From: Minisyncoccota bacterium
GTDB lineage: Bacteria > Patescibacteriota > Minisyncoccia > Phycocordibacterales > GCA-2747955
Assembly: GCA_937958705.1 (NCBI GenBank)
Contig: CALGNJ010000038.1
Span: 1 to 34,249, forward strand
Direction of reading: 5' to 3'
DNA length: 34,249 bases
In this document: positions 1 through 8,758 of the stretch, one piece after another
Layout: the number at the start of each line of letters is the position of its first letter
How positions within the stretch are numbered: position 1 is the first letter of the stretch
Made by a program: the position numbers and the translations under genes
Notes under the pieces: model-generated
What the model was told of the DNA's origin: nothing
Database searches by the model: none
What the model saw: the letters and a program-made list of their open reading frames with translations, nothing else

Positions 1-875
1 GTTCTCTTGAAATTTCTAAAACACATATTCGAAATCATGTTCTTCCGCGTGTGTTCTCTCTTTTTTATAAACAAGAAAAAGACACCGCTCTTTCATACAA
101 AGAGGTTCGAACTGTTATTGATGCGCTAATCGACAAAGAAGCAATTGTTAAAGAAGTGTTTAACGGATACGCTCGAGGCATCAACAGCCCCCTACCTCCT
201 ACTTCTCGGTATACGTCACAGTACGAACCTGACACCACAGCAAAAGAAGATAGACTAGAATCTGCTCGTGCATTACTCAACAAAAATTCATGGAAATTTG
301 ATACAGAAAAAAACCTTTGGACCAAAAAAATCAACAACAAAGACGTGGACTTAGCGTTTACATTACACGCACCAAATTCAGATGATCTCATACTAACTGC
401 AAATAGAATTAGGAACGACCTAGCTGAACTAGAGATCCCAGTTACTGTTCTCTACCAGGACATTGAGTCTCTGACCCAAGACGTAATCAGACCTCGAGAG
501 TATGAAATGTTGCTCTTTGGGTACGTAACAGATATCCCAGCTGATCTTCACCCCTTCTGGCATTCCTCAGGAAGAATTGATCCTGGATTAAATATCGCTG
601 AGTATGTTAATATAACGAGTGATAAAGAGCTCGAAACTATTAGGACAGAAACAGATGAAGAAAAACTATCTTCTTCATACACAAAACTACAAGAAGAAAT
701 ACGTACTGACGTACCTGCAACGTTTCTGTTTAGTCCAGAGTTTATCTATCTTCAAAGAGAACATATCAGACAAGATGCTTCATCTGGATCACTAGCATTT
801 CCTCATGATAGATTTCGGAATGCTGAAAGTTGGTACATAAAGACAGAAGAGATACTTCCGCTCTTTCTAAAGTAA
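1..875 (+). CDS. ABC-transporter solute-binding protein, family 5 (peptide/nickel type); C-terminal part only, 5' end outside the window
   Basis: The reading frame is open from base 3, with no stop before the listed GTG at 51, so the gene is cut by the window edge. The C-terminal sequence resembles OppA/DppA-type binding proteins. TAA stop at 873-875. Confidence 0.5.
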   Translation, partial: SLEISKTHIRNHVLPRVFSLFYKQEKDTALSYKEVRTVIDALIDKEAIVKEVFNGYARGINSPLPPTSRYTSQYEPDTTAKEDRLESARALLNKNSWKFDTEKNLWTKKINNKDVDLAFTLHAPNSDDLILTANRIRNDLAELEIPVTVLYQDIESLTQDVIRPREYEMLLFGYVTDIPADLHPFWHSSGRIDPGLNIAEYVNITSDKELETIRTETDEEKLSSSYTKLQEEIRTDVPATFLFSPEFIYLQREHIRQDASSGSLAFPHDRFRNAESWYIKTEEILPLFLK

Positions 876-948
876 CCAAGACAGGGATTGTCCATAAATA
901 TAGTTGATGTACTGCATCACCTACAGTTTGTGAATAATTAATAAAAAT

Positions 949-2964
949 ATGAATACAAACACACAACAAAATAGTGGTCCAAGCCACCGAGTTGGGAATA
1001 AAAAAACCCGACCACACGCTCAAAGTAAGCCGCGAACAGATGCGCCAACAAGAGCACCTGCAACAACATCAAGTTCAGCTAAACCTACGCAAGGACAGAA
1101 TCGTTCCCGGCGGCCTGCACACAATGGTGCGCAAAGACCCTCTCGGCCTTCACACAACCGAGGCTCAAATGGTCCAACACGAACAAAGAAGCACTTACAC
1201 CCTGCAGCTGGAGGAAAAGTACAAAAGCGTCGTCCATTTCATGGATCAAAGAAACACGTAGATAGGCGTCCTGTTCCAAAAATCGAAGGTGAAACAGTAC
1301 GTGTAATTCCACTTGGAGGAGTTGAAGAAGTTGGACTAAACATGTGTGCTGTTGAGTACAAAGAAAACATCTGGGTATTTGATGCTGGGTTTCAATTTGT
1401 CTCAGAAGCAGAGATGCCGGGAGTCGACTACACACTTCCAAACATTACCTACCTTGAGCAAAATAAACACAAAATCAAAGGACTTATTATTACCCATGGT
1501 CACTTAGACCATATTGGAGGTATTCCATTCCTGATCGCTCGTCTTGGTAATCCAACTATATACACAAGAAATCTAACTGCAATCATGATCAAAAAGCGAA
1601 TGCATGAGTTCCCTAACGTACCAACTCTTGATTTCCACGTAGTTGAACCAAATGACACCATGATGATTGGTGACCTTGAGTTCTATTTTTTTGCTGTGAC
1701 TCACTCTATTCCAGACTGTATCGCTACTTCAATCAGAACACCTCACGGAAATATTGTTATTACCGGAGATATCAAGCTTGAGCACAAAGACGGTATTCCT
1801 GTACCGGGTGAAGTTGAACATTGGGCGCAAGTAACCAAAGAAGATAACATCATGCTTCTTTCAGATTCAACCAACTGTGAAAACCCAGGATGGTCAATTC
1901 CAGAACCACGAATTCATGACAATGTGGATGAAATCATTAGAAACGCACAAGGTCGAATTATGATTGCAACATTTGCATCTCAATTTCGACGTATGATTGC
2001 GTTTATGAAATCTGCTGAGTCACAAGGTAAAAAAATTATCCTTGAAGGACGATCAATTAAAACTAACTTGGAAATTGCTAAGCTGGCAGGTAAATATACT
2101 CCAGCCGACGGAGTAATTATCCAAGCAGCAGATATCGATAAGTACCCAAGTGACAAGATCCTTATTCTTTGTACTGGAGGACAAGGAGAGCAATTTGCTG
2201 CCCTACCTCGAATGGCTCGTGGAGATCACAAGTACGTTAAGTTAAATAACCGAGATACAGTAATTCTTTCATCATCAGTAATCCCAGGTAATGAAATCTC
2301 TGTTCGTAACCTTATGGACTTACTACACCGAAATAATGTACGTCTTATTTCATACAAGACATCTGACGTTCACTCAACTGGACACGGAAACCAAGAGGAG
2401 CTTAAGTGGATTATTAATACGGTGCACCCAACGTACATGGTTCCAGCATACGGATATCACTCTATGCTTAAAATCCACAAGCGTCTTGCTATCGAAACAG
2501 GAATGGATGACGAACACGTAATTGTTCCTGATAATGGATCAGTAATCGAAATCAAAGGAAAAGACGACGTTACAGTACTACCCATGAAAGCACCGTCTGC
2601 ACCAATCATGGTTGATGGGTTTTCTATCTCAGACATGCAACACACAGTGATTGCTGACAGGCAGCTTCTATCTTCAGACGGAATATTTGTAACTGTTGTT
2701 TCAATTAACGTAGCGAAGAAGCAAATGCAGAAATCTCCAGATATTATTTCTCGAGGGTTTGTGTACCTACGTGAATCACAAGATCTTCTATCTCAGGCGC
2801 GAGGAATTATTAAACGAGTTACAGAAGAGCAAATCCGTAACTCTGACGGAAATCGAATTGATGTTGAGACTTTGAAGAAGCAAATTCATAAACACCTGGA
2901 ACGATTCTTGCTTAGAAAGACCAATAAGCAACCCATCATCATCCCCGTAATTTTAGTGGTGTAG
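949..2964 (+). CDS. rnj: Ribonuclease J with a basic N-terminal extension of about 110 aa
   Basis: It has the metallo-beta-lactamase motif HGHLDHIGG, followed by beta-CASP-like and RNase J C-terminal regions. Length is 671 aa, from ATG 949 to TAG 2962-2964. Confidence 0.85.
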   Translation: MNTNTQQNSGPSHRVGNKKTRPHAQSKPRTDAPTRAPATTSSSAKPTQGQNRSRRPAHNGAQRPSRPSHNRGSNGPTRTKKHLHPAAGGKVQKRRPFHGSKKHVDRRPVPKIEGETVRVIPLGGVEEVGLNMCAVEYKENIWVFDAGFQFVSEAEMPGVDYTLPNITYLEQNKHKIKGLIITHGHLDHIGGIPFLIARLGNPTIYTRNLTAIMIKKRMHEFPNVPTLDFHVVEPNDTMMIGDLEFYFFAVTHSIPDCIATSIRTPHGNIVITGDIKLEHKDGIPVPGEVEHWAQVTKEDNIMLLSDSTNCENPGWSIPEPRIHDNVDEIIRNAQGRIMIATFASQFRRMIAFMKSAESQGKKIILEGRSIKTNLEIAKLAGKYTPADGVIIQAADIDKYPSDKILILCTGGQGEQFAALPRMARGDHKYVKLNNRDTVILSSSVIPGNEISVRNLMDLLHRNNVRLISYKTSDVHSTGHGNQEELKWIINTVHPTYMVPAYGYHSMLKIHKRLAIETGMDDEHVIVPDNGSVIEIKGKDDVTVLPMKAPSAPIMVDGFSISDMQHTVIADRQLLSSDGIFVTVVSINVAKKQMQKSPDIISRGFVYLRESQDLLSQARGIIKRVTEEQIRNSDGNRIDVETLKKQIHKHLERFLLRKTNKQPIIIPVILVV

Positions 2965-3116
2965 GCAGCTTCCAAAATAGGCGTATTACATCGTCAGGTA
3001 AGTAAAATATTTTCTCAATGTATAAGACATACATCTCTCAAATATTTGACTTCCCTTCCTTGTACTACATCCTATTTTGAAACCTTAGGTTTTGTAGTGA
3101 CTTACTGAAGGATAGA

Positions 3117-3146
3117 AAAAGAGTGATGTGTACGCATCACTCTTTC
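3117..3146. terminator. Hairpin terminator, probably bidirectional
   Basis: Stem GAGTGATG, loop TGTACG, stem CATCACTC, flanked by an A5 run on the left and TTT on the right. It lies downstream of rnj (+) and of the frameshifted small ORF (-). Confidence 0.5.
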
Positions 3147-3251
3147 TACATTATTAAGCAAGAATAATCTACACGTTAGTGCATATTAAATTAAAGAGTT
3201 ATTCTTAACATATCAGCTTTTTTTGGGTTTAAAGTCGCCTTTCAATAACGC

Positions 3252-3511
3252 TTAGTGAAAATCTTGATCAACGATGATATGACCGTTGTCAAAACAGCCA
3301 TACTCCATAGTTGAATTTGTTGCATCAAAGTTTAGATAAGTTATACAAAATCTATCTGCATAGCCAACAGCTGCTTGTATCTCGTCTCCTTTAGACAAGC
3401 CTAGTGTTGGACAATCCTCATATATTTTTGCATAACAGCTGCCTGCATCTTGTAACTCAGTGTTGAAACCCCAAAATCTATTTCAATTGTAACTCTCATA
3501 ATTTTCTCCAT
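3252..3511 (-). pseudogene. Small orphan gene of about 88 codons, split by a 1-nt frameshift
   Basis: ATG at 3511 opens MEKIMRVTIEIDFGVSTLSYK..., which stops at TAG 3401-3403. A second frame is open from 3482 to TAA 3252-3254 (...ELQDAGSCYAKIYEDCPTLGLSKGDEIQAAVGYADRFCITYLNFDATNSTMEYGCFDNGHIIVDQDFH) but has no start codon. The two frames overlap around the TTTTGGGG run at 3469-3476. Confidence 0.4.
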
Positions 3512-3526
3512 AAATGAACCAGAAAC

Positions 3527-3554
3527 ACTATACTAATTATTACATACTAGTCAA
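3527..3554 (-). promoter_or_regulatory. Sigma70-type promoter for the small frameshifted ORF
   Basis: On the minus strand: TTGACT (3554-3549), 16-nt spacer, TATAGT (3532-3527). The ATG lies 15 nt downstream of the -10. Confidence 0.55.
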
Positions 3555-3705
3555 TTAATCAAACCTGTTTTACGTAGATACAGAAAGCCGGTTTGGTTAA
3601 TACATCTAGATACCTCTATGATTTTCTGATCATTGAATAAAATAGTAGACCGTCGGACAGTCAACTGCTTTTGAAATAATTCAGTATTTTACACCCCCAT
3701 CTCTA

Positions 3706-3739
3706 AATTTGAGTTCCAATCCAGATTGGAACTCAAATT
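3706..3739 (-). terminator. Terminator hairpin after the dus operon
   Basis: Perfect 15-bp inverted repeat AATTTGAGTTCCAAT / ATTGGAACTCAAATT around the loop CCAG, about 40 nt downstream of the dus stop. Confidence 0.6.
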
Positions 3740-3780
3740 GTTCATTGTTTTATTTTTGGATAAAAAATTTGGGATAATTT

Positions 3781-4815
3781 TTATATGTCTTTAAGTGTAG
3801 CAGTGATGTTGTCTAACAACTCCTTAGGTTCATGTATTTGCATAAGCTCGTTCCGAACCTCCTTTGCGCCCGGGAACCCATTAACATACACCTTTAAAAA
3901 CTTCTTCATTAAGTAAAACGACTTAATTCGCTTTCCAAACTCTTTCATATTACGCTTTGTTGGTCCAAAATTAGCCTCAAATAGGGTAATATGCTCTTTG
4001 AGCAACATGTATCGCTCTTTGACACTTGGTACCCTGTCAGCGTCAAATAACAGAGGATTCTTAAATATTCCTCGTCCAATCATCACTCCATCTATTCCAT
4101 ACTTGCTAATTTTTGCGTACGCTTCTTCTTTAGTATTTATGTCTCCATTCCCGAGCAATAGAGTATGTGGTGATATCCTGTCTCTCATCTCTCTAATCTC
4201 CGTCATGAGCTCCCAGTGAGCAGGAACTTTGGACATCTCTTTTCTAGTGCGTAGATGAATAGTCAGCATGTCTACATCTTGCTCCAAAAGAAACTGTATC
4301 CAGGAAATATCAATCTCATTCCATCCAAGTCTAGTTTTTACCGCCACATCAAGTTTAGGAGCTCCTTCTTTAACAGCCTGTATTAATTTTCGTGCCAGTT
4401 CTCTGTTTTCTTTCTTTATTAGCTCTGCACCACAAACCTGCTTATTAATGGTTCTTGAAGGACATCCTGTATTAATATCCACACCATCGAAACCCAGTCT
4501 CTGAACTAGAGCCGCACCTTGTCTAATATTGTCTGGTTTACCTGAAAATATTTGTGCTATTACCGGAGACGTGCTCCTTTGTTTCTTGGTATATTCCAAA
4601 TCTCTAAGCAGACGTTTCCTCCCTGTTGGATGAGCAAGACCATCTGCCGAGACAAACTCTGTATATAAAAGATCTGGCGTAGAATACTTAGCTAGTATTT
4701 CTCTAAATGCATTATCTGTGACATCTGCCATGGGTGCAATAACACAAAGCCCCTTCCCTTGTGTTTTCCCGAGAGCTTTTTTCCATATTCCTTTTTTATT
4801 CTTTTTTAAAAACAT
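3781..4815 (-). CDS. dus: tRNA-dihydrouridine synthase
   Basis: Dus-family motifs are present (APMADVTDNAFR, GVDINTGCP, TIM-barrel layout). I prefer ATG 4815 (MFLKKNKK...). The listed start at 4875 is a TTG only 5 nt from the ftsQ-like stop. TAA stop at 3781-3783. Confidence 0.8.
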   Translation of the reverse strand: MFLKKNKKGIWKKALGKTQGKGLCVIAPMADVTDNAFREILAKYSTPDLLYTEFVSADGLAHPTGRKRLLRDLEYTKKQRSTSPVIAQIFSGKPDNIRQGAALVQRLGFDGVDINTGCPSRTINKQVCGAELIKKENRELARKLIQAVKEGAPKLDVAVKTRLGWNEIDISWIQFLLEQDVDMLTIHLRTRKEMSKVPAHWELMTEIREMRDRISPHTLLLGNGDINTKEEAYAKISKYGIDGVMIGRGIFKNPLLFDADRVPSVKERYMLLKEHITLFEANFGPTKRNMKEFGKRIKSFYLMKKFLKVYVNGFPGAKEVRNELMQIHEPKELLDNITATLKDI

Positions 4816-4880
4816 ATTTTTTATTTTTATCCTCTTGTACGTAAAGTCCAACTGCGCGGATAAGGAGGTGTTCAAGATAA

Positions 4881-5708
4881 TTATCTATAATTAACTGCAC
4901 ATACCTCACCTGAGACGCAGGAGAAAATTTTCTTACCGAACTGTAAGTTTATGTATGCATAATCTACTTTAAAATCTTTTGTATCTTTTGAGACCTTAAA
5001 TGATTCTGTATTTAAAAGTTTCACAAGCAATGAATACAACTCATCGTATGATGTGGTTTTAGGTAACAGTAGTCTTGTCCCTTGCCGGGTGATCAGAGCC
5101 ATAGTAAATTCAGAGTACTCTTCGATAGTCACAATTTCTAATCCTTTACCAGAAATAGAGTCAACCAAGATACCAAGCTCAGAAATTATCTGTTCATTCA
5201 GATATATTTCACCTATACTGTACGTCTTATTACTTGTAAATATTGGAGCCCCTTCTTGTGCCTTCCCTTCAATTATCTTAAATACGACTCCAGTTCTATC
5301 AAGATAGTAACAATTCTCTGTTTGACATAATGTATACGAAGCGTCCCTCTCTTTCACATCTATCTCCAGTCCAGTAAGACCATTTCGTGTTATCTTCAGA
5401 GACTCAATTTCTGTAAATCTTTTAGTTAGTTCCCGTGCAATATCTTTTTTTGACAAAAATATAGTATTAGATTTTGGTATAACAAACACACGATTACCCA
5501 ATAGACTCGTTTGAGCCTCAGCAACGATAGTCTCTGTCTGTACAAACTGATTTTTAACCACAGAAATAGTCTGTATCTGAAGTGCCTCAATACGCATTAC
5601 ATACACAAAGACAGCGAGCACTACTAGACACAACACTAAAAAAGAAATAAAGAGTCTCTTTCTTTGCTTGTTTCTTTTTACTGCGCGCTTGTTATTTTTA
5701 TATACCAT
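4881..5708 (-). CDS. ftsQ: Cell-division protein FtsQ/DivIB-like (N-terminal TM helix plus POTRA domain)
   Basis: A basic N-terminus and a single TM helix are followed by a POTRA-like segment (IQTISVVKNQFVQ...LEIDVKERD). The ATG overlaps the serS stop as TAATG at 5706-5710. Confidence 0.55.
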   Translation of the reverse strand: MVYKNNKRAVKRNKQRKRLFISFLVLCLVVLAVFVYVMRIEALQIQTISVVKNQFVQTETIVAEAQTSLLGNRVFVIPKSNTIFLSKKDIARELTKRFTEIESLKITRNGLTGLEIDVKERDASYTLCQTENCYYLDRTGVVFKIIEGKAQEGAPIFTSNKTYSIGEIYLNEQIISELGILVDSISGKGLEIVTIEEYSEFTMALITRQGTRLLLPKTTSYDELYSLLVKLLNTESFKVSKDTKDFKVDYAYINLQFGKKIFSCVSGEVCAVNYR

Positions 5709-6970
5709 TATCCAATATATTCTTGCCCTCCCATGAACGGCCTGAGCACAGCTGGAATCTCAATTGTTCCATCTACTCGTTGAAAATTCTCTATTAGTGA
5801 CACCAAAATCCGTGGAGTAGGAATGGCTGTACAATTTAGTGAGTGCGCGTATGCAAGTTTCCCTTGCTCATCTTTATATCTGATATTAAACCGCCTTGTT
5901 TGAAAATCATGAAAATACGAAGCGGATGATATTTCTCGATATTTTTTTTCTCCGGGCACCCATAGTTCAATATCATATTTTTTAACCTGCCCCTGTCCAA
6001 GATCCCCTCCACAGTTTAAAACTGTTTGATATGGAATACCGAGTGATTCAATAAACTCTTCTGTATTTCGATTAATCCACTCATGCCATTTTACAGACTC
6101 AGTATGTGAAGCTTCACACAGCATTACCTGTTCAAGCTTGTAAAACTCATGCACACGAACCAAACCTTTGGTATCTTTACCGTATGAACCGGCCTCACGT
6201 CTATAACATGGAGAGAATCCTAGATATTTGAGCGGTAGCTCTTCTTTATTTACTACTTCATCCCGGTGGTATCCCATCATAGGAACCTCAGCTGTTCCGG
6301 CAAGATAATCCTCATCTTGTGTTTGATATACGTCCTCAGCCTCATTAGGTAAATGACCTGTTCCATATAAATTTTCTTTTCTCACTATGGCTGGGGGGAT
6401 CACTGGAATAAATCCCTTCTCTTGGAAAAATTGATTTGCATAGTTCCAGATAGCCCAAGATAGACGCGCTCCGTCACCAAGTAAGTAATACCCTCTAAAC
6501 CCATGTACTTTTGAACCTCGTTCAAAATCAACCATTCTATGTTTACTCATCAAGTCAACATGAGACTGTGTATCAAAATCAAATACTGTTTGTTCGCCCC
6601 ATGTTTTAATTTGCAGGTTATCAGCATCGTCTTTTCCATCAGGAACTGACATGTCAGGCACGTTGGGTACTTGAAGCATCAGCGCTTTCCACTCAACCAT
6701 AATAGGCTTGAGTGTTTCTTCTAGACCCTGAATCTCTGCTTTGACTACAGAAACGCTTTCGATCAGTCTCGTTCTTGTCTCCTCTGTTGCCTGAGCTATT
6801 TGCTTAGATGCCTCGTTCTGAACAGACCTCTTTTCGTCAATTGCCTGTTGAATATTTTTTCGCTCATCATCAAGAGCAACTAGTCTGTCTAGGTCAATAT
6901 CTGTATGTTTCTTTATTGCACCCGCCTTAACTACATCAAGGTTCTCTCTTATAAATTTTATATCTAACAT
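5708..6970 (-). CDS. serS: Seryl-tRNA synthetase
   Basis: 420 aa, with an N-terminal coiled-coil arm (MLDIKFIRENLD...) and class II core motifs. Full length. Confidence 0.92.
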   Translation of the reverse strand: MLDIKFIRENLDVVKAGAIKKHTDIDLDRLVALDDERKNIQQAIDEKRSVQNEASKQIAQATEETRTRLIESVSVVKAEIQGLEETLKPIMVEWKALMLQVPNVPDMSVPDGKDDADNLQIKTWGEQTVFDFDTQSHVDLMSKHRMVDFERGSKVHGFRGYYLLGDGARLSWAIWNYANQFFQEKGFIPVIPPAIVRKENLYGTGHLPNEAEDVYQTQDEDYLAGTAEVPMMGYHRDEVVNKEELPLKYLGFSPCYRREAGSYGKDTKGLVRVHEFYKLEQVMLCEASHTESVKWHEWINRNTEEFIESLGIPYQTVLNCGGDLGQGQVKKYDIELWVPGEKKYREISSASYFHDFQTRRFNIRYKDEQGKLAYAHSLNCTAIPTPRILVSLIENFQRVDGTIEIPAVLRPFMGGQEYIG

Positions 6971-6978
6971 GTTTTCTT

Positions 6979-7818
6979 TTAATTATGGTTATACATATGA
7001 ACGTCTCTCTGCGGGAACGGAATCGATATTCCTGATATATCAAATTCTTTTTTTATCTGCTCAATGAGGTCAAATCTTACTGCCCAGTATTGTTCTGAGT
7101 CAGAAACAAAGGATCTGGTCAGAATATTGACTGAACTATCTGCTAATTCAGAAACAGCAATGACTGGTTCTGGATCTTGTAACACATGTGTGTTGTTAGA
7201 GATTACTTTTTTGATTATATTTTTTGCTTTATCTATGTCGTCTGAATAACTTATTCCAAATATAATTTCTATTCCAAAGTGACTATTACCAAAATAACTT
7301 ATAATTGAATTATTAGATAACTCACCATTTGGAATAACTATTCTTCGATTATTTCTGTCACGCAGCACGGTATAAAGGATTTGTATTTTTTCAACAACTC
7401 CTGTGTGCGCCGATGTCTCTATCCTATCTCCAACCGTAAATGGTTTAAAAAATAGTATAAGTGCACCACCTGCAAAGTTTGCAAGAGAACCCTGCAAAGC
7501 AAGTCCAACAGCTAATCCTGCTGCACCAAGCAGTGCAACAAATGAGCTTGTTTGAACACCTAGGATTGAAACTGTCACAATCAGTAAAATTACTTTGAGA
7601 GCAACACTAATAAAGCTCTGTAGAAAAGACTCTAGTGCTGGATCTATCTCAACTCTTTGAAACGAAAACCCAATAACTTTAGCAATTTTTTTTATAATAA
7701 AAAGCCCAATAAACCACGCCGCTACCGCAGCAACAATCTTAAATCCATATGTGGTAAGTGACTCGACAATCAATGTCTGTAATTCAACAATAGTCTCCTT
7801 GGTCAAAAAGTTATCCAT
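6979..7818 (-). CDS. mscS: Small-conductance mechanosensitive channel (MscS family)
   Basis: Three TM helices are followed by the MscS beta-domain signature PFTVGDRIE...GVVEKI...IVIPNGEL. 279 aa. Confidence 0.85.
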   Translation of the reverse strand: MDNFLTKETIVELQTLIVESLTTYGFKIVAAVAAWFIGLFIIKKIAKVIGFSFQRVEIDPALESFLQSFISVALKVILLIVTVSILGVQTSSFVALLGAAGLAVGLALQGSLANFAGGALILFFKPFTVGDRIETSAHTGVVEKIQILYTVLRDRNNRRIVIPNGELSNNSIISYFGNSHFGIEIIFGISYSDDIDKAKNIIKKVISNNTHVLQDPEPVIAVSELADSSVNILTRSFVSDSEQYWAVRFDLIEQIKKEFDISGISIPFPQRDVHMYNHN

Positions 7819-7885
7819 GATTAGGTTATTGTAACAAATATCACATTAATATATTCAACCGATTAATTCACAGACATGATAATAC

Positions 7886-8758
7886 GTGTATGCTTACAAC
7901 ATGAACTATTTTGATATAACAGAGATTGCAGACACACCTTTAGAAAAAATTATACATATACCCGATAAGCCAACAGGTATGTATATTCAAGGAAACCCAT
8001 ATGTGCTGAGTAATAAAAAATTAATCACCGTTGTTGGCTCAAGAGTATGCAGTAGCTATGCAAAAGAAGTAGTGCTCAAACTAGTACGTGACTTGGCACC
8101 CTTCCCTGTGTGTATTATTTCAGGACTTGCACTTGGAATAGATAGAATTGCCCATACAGCAGCACTAGAGAATAATGTACCAACAATTGCATTTCCCGGA
8201 TCGGGACTTAATCCTGATGTTATATATCCCGCTTCTCACCAAAGATTAGCACAAGAAATCTTAGAATCTGATGGATTATTAATTTCTGAGTATCCTCCTC
8301 ACACTAAAGCAGCTCGCTGGACTTTTCCAAAACGAAACAGACTTATGGCAGGTGTTGCCGACTTGGTTATAATTATCGAAGCAAAGGAAAAATCAGGAAC
8401 ACTCATCACCGCTAGGCTTGCTATGGAGTATGGAACAACAGTTGCTGTAATACCACAAAACATAACCGCATCTCATGCATACGGATCAAACAGGTTGATG
8501 CAAGATGGAGCCTACCCAATATTGTCTTATAAAGATATTCTTTCTTTACTCAGCATACAAGAAGAAGTAGCTGAACCTGCTCCAAAAATATATACCCCTC
8601 TTGAAGAAAAAATCCTTTCCCATCTATCTGAGCCAACCCCCAAAGACGAGCTTTGTCTACTCTCTGGTCTCAGTTATCAAGAATTTATTACAACACTCAG
8701 TTGTCTCGAACTGTCAGGTAGCATATATGAGAAATACGGAAAAGTGCACAAGGCGTAA
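7886..8758 (+). CDS. dprA: DNA-processing protein DprA/Smf
   Basis: DprA Rossmann-like core (VVGSRVCSSYAKE, GLALGIDRIAHTAAL, SGTLITARLA) plus a C-terminal winged-helix-like tail. The start is GTG 7886 or ATG 7901. Confidence 0.85.
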   Translation: MYAYNMNYFDITEIADTPLEKIIHIPDKPTGMYIQGNPYVLSNKKLITVVGSRVCSSYAKEVVLKLVRDLAPFPVCIISGLALGIDRIAHTAALENNVPTIAFPGSGLNPDVIYPASHQRLAQEILESDGLLISEYPPHTKAARWTFPKRNRLMAGVADLVIIIEAKEKSGTLITARLAMEYGTTVAVIPQNITASHAYGSNRLMQDGAYPILSYKDILSLLSIQEEVAEPAPKIYTPLEEKILSHLSEPTPKDELCLLSGLSYQEFITTLSCLELSGSIYEKYGKVHKA

